Part shown: positions 29,369-39,483 of the stretch, in pieces
Layout of the letters: each line of letters opens with the position of its first letter
Numbering within the stretch: the first letter of the stretch is position 1
Source of the DNA: Candidatus Latescibacterota bacterium
GTDB taxonomy: Bacteria > Latescibacterota > UBA2968 > GCA-2709665
Assembly: GCA_965226795.1 (NCBI GenBank)
Contig: CBDDDZ010000005.1
Coordinates: 2,912,001-2,976,000, forward strand
Length of the DNA: 64,000 nucleotides
Reading direction: 5' to 3'
Translations under genes and position numbers: made by a program
Notes under the pieces: model-generated
Told to the model about the DNA's origin: nothing
Seen by the model: only the letters and a program-made list of their open reading frames with translations
Databases searched by the model: none

Positions 29369-29384
29369 TGCAAAGAACGTACCC
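29369..29384 (-). promoter_or_regulatory. Sigma54 (-24/-12) promoter of the pspA operon
   Basis: The minus strand reads GGGTACGTTCTTTGCA, i.e. GG-N10-GC with TTGCA, about 95 nt upstream of the pspA ATG. Confidence 0.7.
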
Positions 29385-29650
29385 GTATGACAAAAAAACC
29401 AGGCTGCTATTAAGTGCCAGTATTTATTAGATTTATCCCGTCCATCGAGACGGAGCTGCCAAAAGCTGTTGGTGAAAAACGCCATACATTAGGCGAAAAC
29501 AGCCGGATTGGGCCGGCGTTGTCCACTTGTTCCCGGGCGGAGCCGACTTGCCTTTTTCGGACAAATGGCGTAATATCAGAGGTGCTCTCTCAGGAGGGCA
29601 TAACGGGTGCGGACACCGATCTATGGGAGCTTCCGAGTAGAACGAAAATT

Positions 29651-30772
29651 ATGGAATACTATCGACATTTGCGCCTGCTGTGCGCTGTACTCTGCCTGGT
29701 CATGTTGCTCGCAAGCCCCCTTTCCGGACTCTCGATGGTTTACAAGGTTCGGAAGGGCGACTCTCTGTATTCCATTGCCCGGCAGTTCGATACAAGCGTC
29801 CGGGAGATCAAGCGAATCAACAAGCTACGCACAAATAACCTCTATCCGGGGCAGGTGCTGCGGCTGGGTCCACGGATTGTCAAATATGACGCGCAGAACG
29901 GTCCGTACTACTGGCGAAAGCCAAAGGCGTCCAGGCAAAAGCACCGGAACTATTCGGAGGCCGCGCGTTCCGCCCCGAGTCTGGACTATCGGCGCGCTCA
30001 GATCCTGTTGCGCGCCTTTGACAACGAGATTCTCTCCCGGGCCCCCGGGAAGAGACGGCAGCCGCTCAAAGGCTGGCGGATTGTGCTCGACCCGGGGCAC
30101 GGGGGGATCGATCCGGGAGCGATCGTTTCCAATACCACGGGCGAGAACAGGCGGGTTTACGTCGTCGAAGATGAATATGTATACGATATTGCACTGCGAA
30201 TGTACAGGAAACTTCGACTTCTGGGCGCGGAGGTGGCATTGACGGTGATCAGTCCCAATCATCTGATTCGGGATAACGAGGTGGCCAAGGTTACATTCGT
30301 CCACGAAAAGAACGAAGTCTATAACGATGAACGGTACAACCGGAGAAATTCGGATCGGGTGCGACCCAGGAGCGCCAATCTTTCGCAGCGCGTTCGAGTT
30401 GCGAACCGCTTCTTCAAAAGAGCGCGCAGGGGCAGGAGCCTGTTTGTCTCACTGCACGCGGACAACAACCCAGGACGGTCCGAGGGACCGCTGGCGATCC
30501 ATCTGAAACGGCGGGGCAAGGTAGACAGCCGTTCCAGAACGTTCGCACGCATCATGCGTTCAGCCCTGAACCAGCCCGATTTGCCCGCGAAGGTTCAGGG
30601 ACGGAACCTCTGGGTCTTGCGAAACAACCTGGCCCACGCCGAGATTCTGGTTGAGATTCACAACGTCCACGACAAAAACGACGCCTATCGGATTCGGCAT
30701 CATAAGGACAGGGAGCGGAACGCGCAGCGGCTCGTTAACGGAATCCTTACGTATGCGAAGAAGCGCCGATGA
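29651..30772 (+). CDS. LysM-domain N-acetylmuramoyl-L-alanine amidase (Amidase_3)
   Basis: Signal peptide, YKVRKGDSLYSIARQF LysM, IVLDPGHGGIDPGA, FVSLHAD, ILVE. Confidence 0.9.
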   Translation: MEYYRHLRLLCAVLCLVMLLASPLSGLSMVYKVRKGDSLYSIARQFDTSVREIKRINKLRTNNLYPGQVLRLGPRIVKYDAQNGPYYWRKPKASRQKHRNYSEAARSAPSLDYRRAQILLRAFDNEILSRAPGKRRQPLKGWRIVLDPGHGGIDPGAIVSNTTGENRRVYVVEDEYVYDIALRMYRKLRLLGAEVALTVISPNHLIRDNEVAKVTFVHEKNEVYNDERYNRRNSDRVRPRSANLSQRVRVANRFFKRARRGRSLFVSLHADNNPGRSEGPLAIHLKRRGKVDSRSRTFARIMRSALNQPDLPAKVQGRNLWVLRNNLAHAEILVEIHNVHDKNDAYRIRHHKDRERNAQRLVNGILTYAKKRR

Positions 30773-30887
30773 TTTCCCGGATAAGGAGCGAGATCGACGC
30801 CTTCGCCAGGCTCCAACTCTCAGGGTTGGCATTGCTCCTGGTGCCGCGCATATTCTGGTGTGGCGGGCCGGAGAACGGCAGCCTTTC

Positions 30888-33332
30888 CTATCGCGTGAAT
30901 CCCCTGATCCGGAGTGAATTCGAGATTACCGAGACGGAACTCAGAGCCATTGCGCCGGCTGCCACCATGGGCCCGCCGAGCGGGTTGAGCAGGCCGAAAG
31001 CGGCTACCGGTATCAGCAGGATGTTGTAGACAAACGCCCACAGCAAGTTCTGGCGGATCGTGCGCATGGTCCGGCCCGATAGGCGGATCGCGGTTTCTAT
31101 TCCGGAAAGGCTGCCGGACATGAGGGTGATGTCCGCGCTTTCCATGGCGGCGGCCGTGCCGGTGCCGACGGCAATGCCAACGTCGGCGGTCGCCAGGGCA
31201 GGCGCGTCGTTGACGCCATCCCCGACCATGGCCACGCGATGACGCTCCGCTTGCAGTGCTGCGATACGTGCTGCTTTCTCTTCGGGCATTACCTCCGCAA
31301 TGACCTGGGCGATCCCCGCCTGCTCAGCGATGGCCCCGGCGGTTCTTGCGTTGTCTCCCGTGAGGAGGATGACGTTCAGGTCCAGTGACTTGAGTTCGGA
31401 AACGGCACGCACGACATCCGGCTTCAGGATGTCGGCGACGCCTATGAGACCGTCTACCTGATTGCCTGCGGCGACAAACAGAACCGTTTTTCCGCCGGCT
31501 TCAAGACGCGCCGCCTGCGCGTCCAGGTCGGTCGGTACTATAGCCCGGTTATCCATCAACCGCCGGTTGCCCAGAAGAATGGTGCGACCGGCCTTTTTTG
31601 CGCGTACGCCCTGCCCCGGCAGGGCTTCGAATTCCAGGGAATCTTCAATTGGCTGCCCCCGTTCCCGCGCCGCGTTGCGGATCGCCTCTCCGAGGGGGTG
31701 TTCGGAACCCTGTTCGACGGCCGCGGCCAACTGGAGCAGTTCCGTTTCCGTGCATGTACCGGTGGTTATGAGATCGGTAACGGCGGGGCGGCCGGTTGTG
31801 AGGGTGCCGGTTTTGTCCAGGACAATCGTGTCGAGCCGGTGGGCGTTCTCGAGGACGGCGCCGCCCTTGATGAGGATCCCCAGTTCCGCGGCCCGGCCAG
31901 TGCCGACCAGAATGGCCGTGGGTGTGGCCAGGCCGAGCGCGCACGGACATGCGATAATGAGGACCGCTACGGCGTTGAGCAGCGCGTTGGGGGCGCCCGC
32001 TTCAGACCCGGCGATCCACCACAGTGCGAACGTAAGAAGGGCAACCCCAAAGACCACGGGCACAAAGATTCCGGCAACGCGGTCTGCGATGCGCTGAACG
32101 GGCGCACGCGAGCCCTGGGCCTGGCGCACCATCCGAACGATTCGGGCATGCACCGTCTCGGCGCCAACCTGTGAGGCTCTAAAGGTGAAACTCCCGGTCT
32201 GGTTGAGGGTTGCCCCCAGTACCATGCTCAGGGTGCGCTTTTCCACGGGCATGCTCTCACCGGTTATCACGGATTCATCGACGCTGGATTGCCCCTCCTC
32301 AACAACGCCGTCCACCGGAATTCTGTCACCCGGCCGAATGCGAATAAGGTCGCCAACGGCGACATCGTCCACGGAAACCACCGACTCTTCACTATCTCGA
32401 ATCACACAGGCGGTTTGGGGACGAAGATCCATCAGCCTGCGAATGGCTTCGGTGGTGCGGCCTCTGGACCGGATTTCCAGCAGTCGGCCAAGAAGGATGA
32501 GGGTGACAATCATTGCGGAGGTGTCGAAGTAGACGCTGATGGGCTGGCCCGCGCCGTACACGAACCGGGGAGCGAACACGCCGGCGACGCTGTATCCATA
32601 GGCCGCCAGGGTCCCAACTGCAATGAGGCTGTTCATGTCGGCTGTTCTGTGTCGCAGGCCGCTCCAGAACCCTCTGAGAAAACGCCAGCCGCACCAGAAC
32701 TGCACGGGAGTGGCCAGGAGGAGGAGCAGAAGGTGAACCTCCTGGATAGAGTTCGCCGCGCCGCGGACGTTGTGCAGCATGCCCACGCTCATGATGAGCG
32801 CTGACAGCACGGCCGCAACGATGAAGCGAACGCGCACCGAACGGCGTTCCGACCGTTCTGCCAACGCTGCGCCGTCTTCCGCAATCGGGCTCTTTTCGAC
32901 GACCGTCGCGCCGTACCCGGCATCGGTCACCGTCCGTTTCAGAATGGACACGGGTACGCGAAGATGTCGCACGGTAGCCTGACGGGTCGCGAGGTTGACC
33001 GCGCTATCGAGGACACCGGGAAGGCCGGCTAATGCGTTTTCAATCCGGGAGACGCAGGCGGCACAGCTCATGTCTTGAATGGCAAGCTTCGTTTCTTCCG
33101 CGCGTATACCATAGCCGAGATTCTCTATTCTACCAACAAGCTGTTGTACCCCTGTCCGATCGGACCTGAGCAACACAGTGGCCTCCGCCGTAGCGAAGTT
33201 GACGTCGGCTTCGCTTACGCCGTGGATCTTTCGCAATTCCTCCTGGATCCGGGCAGCGCAAGCCGCACAGTTCATCCCGGTGACGGGCACGGTCAGGCGG
33301 ACCGCAGGATTTGACTCGAGAATGCGTCCCAT
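30888..33332 (-). CDS. copA: Copper-translocating P1B-type ATPase
   Basis: Two HMA CAAC motifs, [31 protein letters not shown] and MALSS. Confidence 0.93.
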   Translation of the reverse strand: MGRILESNPAVRLTVPVTGMNCAACAARIQEELRKIHGVSEADVNFATAEATVLLRSDRTGVQQLVGRIENLGYGIRAEETKLAIQDMSCAACVSRIENALAGLPGVLDSAVNLATRQATVRHLRVPVSILKRTVTDAGYGATVVEKSPIAEDGAALAERSERRSVRVRFIVAAVLSALIMSVGMLHNVRGAANSIQEVHLLLLLLATPVQFWCGWRFLRGFWSGLRHRTADMNSLIAVGTLAAYGYSVAGVFAPRFVYGAGQPISVYFDTSAMIVTLILLGRLLEIRSRGRTTEAIRRLMDLRPQTACVIRDSEESVVSVDDVAVGDLIRIRPGDRIPVDGVVEEGQSSVDESVITGESMPVEKRTLSMVLGATLNQTGSFTFRASQVGAETVHARIVRMVRQAQGSRAPVQRIADRVAGIFVPVVFGVALLTFALWWIAGSEAGAPNALLNAVAVLIIACPCALGLATPTAILVGTGRAAELGILIKGGAVLENAHRLDTIVLDKTGTLTTGRPAVTDLITTGTCTETELLQLAAAVEQGSEHPLGEAIRNAARERGQPIEDSLEFEALPGQGVRAKKAGRTILLGNRRLMDNRAIVPTDLDAQAARLEAGGKTVLFVAAGNQVDGLIGVADILKPDVVRAVSELKSLDLNVILLTGDNARTAGAIAEQAGIAQVIAEVMPEEKAARIAALQAERHRVAMVGDGVNDAPALATADVGIAVGTGTAAAMESADITLMSGSLSGIETAIRLSGRTMRTIRQNLLWAFVYNILLIPVAAFGLLNPLGGPMVAAGAMALSSVSVISNSLRIRGFTR

Positions 33333-33384
33333 TGATTACCTGTCCTGGTCGTTCCAATGCGATGGGATTCGTCTGATGGGGCTT

Positions 33385-34416
33385 TCAGAGAACCGTTCCA
33401 CGGGCATGGAAACCTGAAAAATGGTCGAAGCCTTGCGTTTCCAACTCCGTCCTCGTGCCTTGCGTATTTTCGAGATAAACGCTCCCGTCCCCCGCTTCGA
33501 CTCGCCCGATTCGGCAAATCCGAGACCCGCCATCGAGCGCCTCGATGTCATTTCTCGCTCCGGGCGTTACCGTAAACAGCAGTTCATAGTCCTCGCCACC
33601 TGAAATCGCCAGATCCAGGGTTCCGAGATTTGAAAGCTCGCAGAATCGCCGGAACGCAGGTGAAACGGGAATCATCGTTTCGCCGATGACCGCAGAAACC
33701 CCGCTCTGCCTGCAGATATGCCGTAAATCCGAAGCCACGCCATCCGAGAGATCCAACATCGCGGTCACGGCGCCCGATGCCGCCAGCGCCTGTCCCAACG
33801 CCACCCGGGGCTCAGGCCGGTGGTGCCTGCCCAGCAGAAACTCACGGTCCACATCCGAAAGGCCGACTTCATATCCCAGGGCCAGCTTCAAGCCTGCCGC
33901 GGAATCCCCCAGGGTGCCCGACGTGTAGATCAGGTCGCCGGGGCGCGCGCCCGAACGGTAACACACCCGGCCCTCATCCATCTCGCCCGTCAGCGTCAGA
34001 TTCATGACCAGCGGCCCTGTATTCCGCGTTGTGTCACCCCCCACGACGTTGACGCCAAAACGGACTGCGGATGTGCGCAATCCATCGTATACCCGTTCCA
34101 AATAGCCGACGTCGAAATCGGGGGGTACCGCCACGGAAACCAGCGCCTCTCGAGGTTCCCCGCCCATCGCCGCGATATCCGACAGGTTCACTGCCAGCAG
34201 TTTGTAACCGAGCCACCTGGCGTCGGACGCATCGACCACGAAATGCACGCCTTCCACCATAAGATCGGACGTAATGAGCCGTACCCGATCGTTTCCGCGC
34301 CCCAATACGGCGCAATCATCCCCAATACCACAACGCACGTCGGCAGGCCGCGCCAGGCCGGCTGCTGCAATCCGCTCGATAAATTCAAACTCGCCTATCT
34401 CCGCAAATGTCGTCAC
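33385..34416 (-). CDS. thiL: Thiamine-monophosphate kinase
   Basis: GEFEFI, GIGDDCA, EGVHF, NLSDIAAMGG, GGDT, DLSDG, GGEDYELLFT; GTG start with GGAG RBS. Confidence 0.95.
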   Translation of the reverse strand: MTTFAEIGEFEFIERIAAAGLARPADVRCGIGDDCAVLGRGNDRVRLITSDLMVEGVHFVVDASDARWLGYKLLAVNLSDIAAMGGEPREALVSVAVPPDFDVGYLERVYDGLRTSAVRFGVNVVGGDTTRNTGPLVMNLTLTGEMDEGRVCYRSGARPGDLIYTSGTLGDSAAGLKLALGYEVGLSDVDREFLLGRHHRPEPRVALGQALAASGAVTAMLDLSDGVASDLRHICRQSGVSAVIGETMIPVSPAFRRFCELSNLGTLDLAISGGEDYELLFTVTPGARNDIEALDGGSRICRIGRVEAGDGSVYLENTQGTRTELETQGFDHFSGFHARGTVL

Positions 34417-34493
34417 CGGGTTCTCCGAGGGAAATGGAAGCCGGCTTGACCCGCTGAAAGAGGCAAGCAAGTCCGGACAGCCGGCGGGCGGTC

Positions 34494-35261
34494 TCATCCT
34501 GGCCGCACACGTCGACGCTGCCAGGCCACCACCTCCGCATAGGGTACGTCGCCGCCGAATATATCCAACGCGCTGCCAATTGTCAGCCCCACACGACCGC
34601 TCCCCAGCTTCTCGACGCGATCCAGATCTTCCAGGCGCCGCGCGCCGCCCGCGTACGTCACTTCTATCGGCGACTCGGCGCCCAGCAATTCCACCAGCGT
34701 ATCTTCTATCCCCGCCCGCTTGCCCTCTACGTCCACCCCGTGCACCAGGAAGCCGTCGCAAAACTCCGAAAGCCAATTCAACGTTGTACCGTTAACCTGG
34801 ACGCATGTAGACCTCTGCCACAGATCGGTCACCACCAGATAAGCACCGCCACGCCTTCGGCAACTCAGATCCAGCACCAGGCGGCCGCGACCGACAGTTC
34901 GCACCATCCTGTCCAGCCGATCGGTATCCACGCGTCCATCCCGAAATACATACGATGTTACAATCACGTGGCTGGCGCCTGCATCCAGATATCGGCGGGC
35001 GTTTTCCGGCCGGATGCCGCCGCCGACCCGGAGCCCGCCGGGATAGGCGGACAACGCGGACAGCGCGGCCGTCTCGTTGCCAGGTCCCAGCATGATGACG
35101 TGACCTCCCGGCAGGTTGTCCGACCTGTACATCCTCGCGTAGTCGGCCGGCAGCCGGCCTGACTCGAAGTTCGTCGCCGGCGTGGCGCCGCACCGCAGCG
35201 ACCCCCCCACAATTTGCACCACGCACCCGCCACGCAGATCTATACAAGGCCTGAAATTCAC
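34494..35261 (-). CDS. hisA: ProFAR isomerase, eukaryotic (His6)-type
   Basis: FRPCIDL..G.VVQIVGG, GGHVIMLG, GASHVIVTSYVF, LVLDLSCR, HGVDVEG, TIGSALDIFGG. Confidence 0.92.
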   Translation of the reverse strand: MNFRPCIDLRGGCVVQIVGGSLRCGATPATNFESGRLPADYARMYRSDNLPGGHVIMLGPGNETAALSALSAYPGGLRVGGGIRPENARRYLDAGASHVIVTSYVFRDGRVDTDRLDRMVRTVGRGRLVLDLSCRRRGGAYLVVTDLWQRSTCVQVNGTTLNWLSEFCDGFLVHGVDVEGKRAGIEDTLVELLGAESPIEVTYAGGARRLEDLDRVEKLGSGRVGLTIGSALDIFGGDVPYAEVVAWQRRRVRPG

Positions 35262-35660
35262 GGATACTCCCTTTGGCGGCCAGAGAATACAGTGTCCAGT
35301 TCCAGAAATATGTTACCATTCATCCGCCGATTCATCCCGTCTCGCTACGTTGCCTTCCCTCGGCGGCCGAATTTCGGCAATCTATTTCCGGGACGGAACA
35401 CCAGGGTTTCACGCCGCACCATGGACACGGCCCCGACCGGGCATGCCGCAGGCGTCGTGGAGACGCCCGTTTCGTCCGCAACGGACCGATAAACAGCCAT
35501 GCCAATATAACGTACAACAGCAACCACTTCAACCCTGGCACATTAAGCGATACGGACAAGAAAAAGCCGGAGGCTGACATCTCCGGGGTAGACGTCTTCC
35601 AGGGAAAACCCCTTGAACGACCACCTGCGGAACGGTTCCCTCCCCGGACGCCTCCGCCAA

Positions 35661-38600
35661 TCAGTCGTCCGCCGATTGATCGTAGGCGGCCGGCCGGAAG
35701 AATACGGCGCTTACGATCCTCTGCAGAAACGCTCGCAGATCGTCCAGCAGCGTATAGAATATCGGCACAAGCAGCAGGGTCAGGAACGTCGACACAAACA
35801 GCCCGCCCATAAGGGTTCGTCCAAGGGGCGCGTAGGGAATCCCAATCAGATTGCTATTGCCCAGGGCCATTGGCACCAGGCCGAACACCGTGGTAAACGT
35901 CGTCATCAGGATGGGCCTGAAACGGTTGTACCCGGCCTCCAGAATCGCCTCTGCCCGGTTCATCCCCTCCTGGCGCATCCGGTTGATCATATCCACCAGC
36001 ACAATCGCGTTGTTTACCACCACCCCGATCAGCACGATCATGCCGATATTGGCCATCATGTCCATCGGCGTGCCGGTCAGATAGAGCGTCCAGTACACCC
36101 CCAGGAATGAGAACGGAATGGAAAACAGCACCGAGAACGGAAGAACCACGGACTCGAACAACACCCCCATCAGCAGAAAGACACACGTGACCGCCATCAC
36201 CACCGCAAATATCGTCTCGTTGTCGGACTCCTGGAACCTGGCGAAACGCTCGCCCTTGTTCCACGAATAGCCCCTCGGCATCTCAAAGCCAGCCATCGCA
36301 CGATCGATGTCGGCGTAGAGACTCTTTAAATCGTCCTTGGTCGTAAACGCCCTCACCACCAGGCGCGTCTTGCCGTCTTCCCTTCGAATTCTCCCGCGCC
36401 CGGGCGTTACCTTGAAGCTGGCCAGTTCGGAAAGGGGAATTTCCTCGCCCGACGCCGACCTGAACATAAAACTCTTGAGATGATGCAGCGTCTGCCGGTC
36501 CGCCTCTTCCAGGTACAGTCGCGTATCCACCTCGCGCTCGCCGGACTGGAACCGGGGCAGGCTCACCCCCTGCATGGAAAAGGCCAGCGTTTGCGCCACG
36601 ACCCGCGGAGAAATCCCGTAGCGCCTCGCCCGCTCCCGATCGATATGGACCTGGACCTCGTCGGTGGACCGTTCCAGGTCCGAGTCCACACTTACCACCG
36701 AGGGTATCGCCCGGAGCCGGCGCTCCACTTCCGTTATGAGAGGGGCCAGCACCTCGGTGTCGTCTCCGTAGAGATACACCGAAACCGAAGGATCGCCGCC
36801 GCCCCTGCCGCGGCTCTCCACGCCGATCCGCACGCCCACATACTTGGGCATGTTCTCTTTCAGATCCTTAACGACCTCCGTGCGACCTATCGTTTTATCC
36901 ACCGGAACGCCCAGACCCGACCTCAGGTTCTTGTACGTGACGTACCACCAGGCTTCGTTCGGATTGGTGTCGAGGTAGATCTCGAAATTTCCCCGGGTCT
37001 TTCGGAACCAGGACCGGATGGTCCTGACACCGTATGCCTCCCGCTTGGAGTTCAGAAAATCCTCCACCTCGTTCATCAATTCAAAGGTCTCATGCGTTGA
37101 GAAATCACGGGGCGTGCGAATATAGATATCGATATCGTTGATGTTTCCCCGGGAGGCATCCGAGCGTTTCATTTTGCCTGCGGGAATCGAAATGGTTGCA
37201 AATACCGCCAGCAGGATCAATATTGCGTCCCGCCGGTGGCTCAACGCCCATTTCAGCACACCGCCATAACGCATCCGGGCCCATCCGATGGACTTGGAAT
37301 CCGGCTTCACCCGGCTGCCGCCGAACCGCACCGAGGCCAGCGGGATAATCAGGAGCGCCACGAACAACGACCCCACCAGCATCACGATAACGGGGACACC
37401 CATTCGAGAGAGATAGAACGTCATCCCCGCATTGCCGGTCATCAACATCAGCGGCAGAAAAACCACGACCGAGGTCAGCGTCGCCATGGTAATCGCCATG
37501 GCGACTTCGCTGGCACCCACGACGGCCGCCTGCTTCGGCGACTCGCCCTTCTCCCGCCGCCGATAGATGTTCTCCAGAATCACAACCGCATTGTCCACAA
37601 CCATACCCACACCCACCATCAGACCCATCATCGTCATGAGATTCAGAGACCACCCGAGAAAATAGAGCACCGTTACGGTTATCATCGCGCACAGTGGAAT
37701 CGACAGCGTGATTATGGCCGTCAATCGGATCACACGCAGGAAGAACAGCAAGACCAGCGCGGCAAACAACCCGCCCCAGAGGCCCGTATTCCTCAAGTTG
37801 GAAACGGAGGCCCGGATGAACTCGCCCTGATTGAAAAACACGTTGAATTGCACTTTACCGGCCGCACCGGACGCTGTCTCGATCTGCCGAAGTGCCGCCG
37901 CCACACGGTCACACACCGCTGTGATGTCGGCTCCCGACTCGGCCTTGATCCCGACGGATGAGGCCGGTTGGCCATCGATTCTCTGATACCAGCTTCGGGC
38001 CGGGACATCGTAGACCACGTCGGCAACTTCGCGCAACCTCACGCCGCCCTCGCGGGAATCGATCGGGATATTGCCGATCTCTTCCAGACTGCGGTATCGC
38101 GCCAGAGACCGGACGTAGAATTTCTTCGTGCCCTCGTTCACGTAACCGCTCTTGAGCGCGAAATTGTCGTTCCGCAGGCGTTGAACCATCTCGTAGACGT
38201 TCACGCCCCGCGCCATCAGTTGCTCCCGGTCGATCTCGATCATTACCTCTTTGGGGTCCGTTCCCCAGAGTTCCACTGTGGCCACGCCTTCGATACGCTC
38301 CAGAGGCCGTTGCACGTGGGTTTCCAGGAAATGGTACACATCGACAATTGTGGAGTCCAGAGCCGCTCCGAACCACATAATTGGCCGGTCTTCGTCGTTG
38401 TACTTCCATACGAAAATGCCATCTCGCACCTCGTCCGGAAGGTCCGGTTTGAGCCGGTCCAACTGATCCCTCAACTGGTTGTACGCCAGGGCCATGTCGG
38501 CATCCTGCCGAAATCGGAGGGGCGCGCCGACGCCCCGCCTGTCCGTGTACGTCCGGATTCGTTCGATTCCCTTGATTGTCCGCAGGCGCTCCTCCAGGGG

Positions 38601-38819
38601 GCGTGTAATCTCCTGTTCGACCTCTTGAGGCGTGGCGTTCGAGCCGGGATACCGGACGCTCAACCACAGGAAGGGCGGATTAAATCCCGCCGGCATCATT
38701 TTTACCGCGATCCGGGAATAGGCCACGGCACCCATCACGAGCAGCGCAATCAGACACACCGTAACTGTCACCGGACGATTGACGGAAATGCCTGAAAGAA
38801 GGGAACGTCTGTTGTTCAT
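35661..38819 (-). CDS. RND efflux permease (AcrB/AcrD/AcrF family)
   Basis: RPVT, GMVVDNAVVILENI, GVVVNNAIVLVD, RFRPILMTTFTTVFGLVPMA. Confidence 0.93.
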   Translation of the reverse strand: MNNRRSLLSGISVNRPVTVTVCLIALLVMGAVAYSRIAVKMMPAGFNPPFLWLSVRYPGSNATPQEVEQEITRPLEERLRTIKGIERIRTYTDRRGVGAPLRFRQDADMALAYNQLRDQLDRLKPDLPDEVRDGIFVWKYNDEDRPIMWFGAALDSTIVDVYHFLETHVQRPLERIEGVATVELWGTDPKEVMIEIDREQLMARGVNVYEMVQRLRNDNFALKSGYVNEGTKKFYVRSLARYRSLEEIGNIPIDSREGGVRLREVADVVYDVPARSWYQRIDGQPASSVGIKAESGADITAVCDRVAAALRQIETASGAAGKVQFNVFFNQGEFIRASVSNLRNTGLWGGLFAALVLLFFLRVIRLTAIITLSIPLCAMITVTVLYFLGWSLNLMTMMGLMVGVGMVVDNAVVILENIYRRREKGESPKQAAVVGASEVAMAITMATLTSVVVFLPLMLMTGNAGMTFYLSRMGVPVIVMLVGSLFVALLIIPLASVRFGGSRVKPDSKSIGWARMRYGGVLKWALSHRRDAILILLAVFATISIPAGKMKRSDASRGNINDIDIYIRTPRDFSTHETFELMNEVEDFLNSKREAYGVRTIRSWFRKTRGNFEIYLDTNPNEAWWYVTYKNLRSGLGVPVDKTIGRTEVVKDLKENMPKYVGVRIGVESRGRGGGDPSVSVYLYGDDTEVLAPLITEVERRLRAIPSVVSVDSDLERSTDEVQVHIDRERARRYGISPRVVAQTLAFSMQGVSLPRFQSGEREVDTRLYLEEADRQTLHHLKSFMFRSASGEEIPLSELASFKVTPGRGRIRREDGKTRLVVRAFTTKDDLKSLYADIDRAMAGFEMPRGYSWNKGERFARFQESDNETIFAVVMAVTCVFLLMGVLFESVVLPFSVLFSIPFSFLGVYWTLYLTGTPMDMMANIGMIVLIGVVVNNAIVLVDMINRMRQEGMNRAEAILEAGYNRFRPILMTTFTTVFGLVPMALGNSNLIGIPYAPLGRTLMGGLFVSTFLTLLLVPIFYTLLDDLRAFLQRIVSAVFFRPAAYDQSADD

Positions 38820-38907
38820 TGAGAACACGCTCCGTGGAGTGATGTGTCCCGGAAATAGATTGCCGGGCCTTTCATCTGTCGAAGGCCGTAACAAGCCATA
38901 ACCATAG

Positions 38908-38933
38908 GACGCACCGACCCTCGATATGATTCA
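38908..38933 (-). promoter_or_regulatory. Putative SigW-like ECF promoter upstream of the RND permease
   Basis: Minus strand TGAATC-N16-CGTC. Confidence 0.35.
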
Positions 38934-39057
38934 GCCTTGCCGTCGAAAATGCTGAAATTCGGGTAGGAGTCGAGCGCAGGGTCGGATCCGGACCACGGGT
39001 CCGGCGGGCGTGGAATGGCACAGGACGTGGCGGTTGCCCAGAACCCTGATTCGAAGG

Positions 39058-39408
39058 CTACGGATACGAACTTTCCGCGATGCGGCGAAGTGATTTCTTG
39101 CGCGACAGACGTCGCTTCTGTTCCAGACGTCGTGCCAGGGACGCTCGTGTAGGTCTGCTGGGTATGCGGGGTTTGTCTCGCCGGTTCAACCCGATGAGTA
39201 TTCGACGGAGACGCTGGAGGGCAAGGTCCCTGTTGCGTCCCTGGAGGCGATGTTCGGACGCAACGACAGTGATACCGGTGGGAAAGTGTACAAGCCTGAC
39301 CGCGCTTTCAACCTTGTTGCGATGCTGGCCGCCCGGACCGCCGCCGCGAAAGGGATGGAATCGCACTTCCTTGAGGAGAATTTCAGGATCGGTGTTATAG
39401 AGGGGCAT
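39058..39408 (-). CDS. Short GGQ peptidyl-tRNA hydrolase / ribosome rescue factor (ArfB-like)
   Basis: RGGGPGGQHRNKVESAVRL, basic C-terminal tail RRLEQKRRLSRKKSLRR. Confidence 0.85.
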   Translation of the reverse strand: MPLYNTDPEILLKEVRFHPFRGGGPGGQHRNKVESAVRLVHFPTGITVVASEHRLQGRNRDLALQRLRRILIGLNRRDKPRIPSRPTRASLARRLEQKRRLSRKKSLRRIAESSYP

Positions 39409-39483
39409 GTCGGGATCCGTGGCCGTCTTCGGCCGCCCCGGCCTCGTCAAACCGGCCCGAATACCGGATCCTCAGGTCCGCTT

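Noticed and set aside
29405..29419. TGGCAC-containing sigma54-like motif further upstream of pspA
   Set aside because: GG-to-GC spacing is 9, not the required 10.
35332..35580. 82-aa ORF with a hydrophobic stretch and CPWC
   Set aside because: RBS abuts the ATG and no family is recognisable; cannot be supported.
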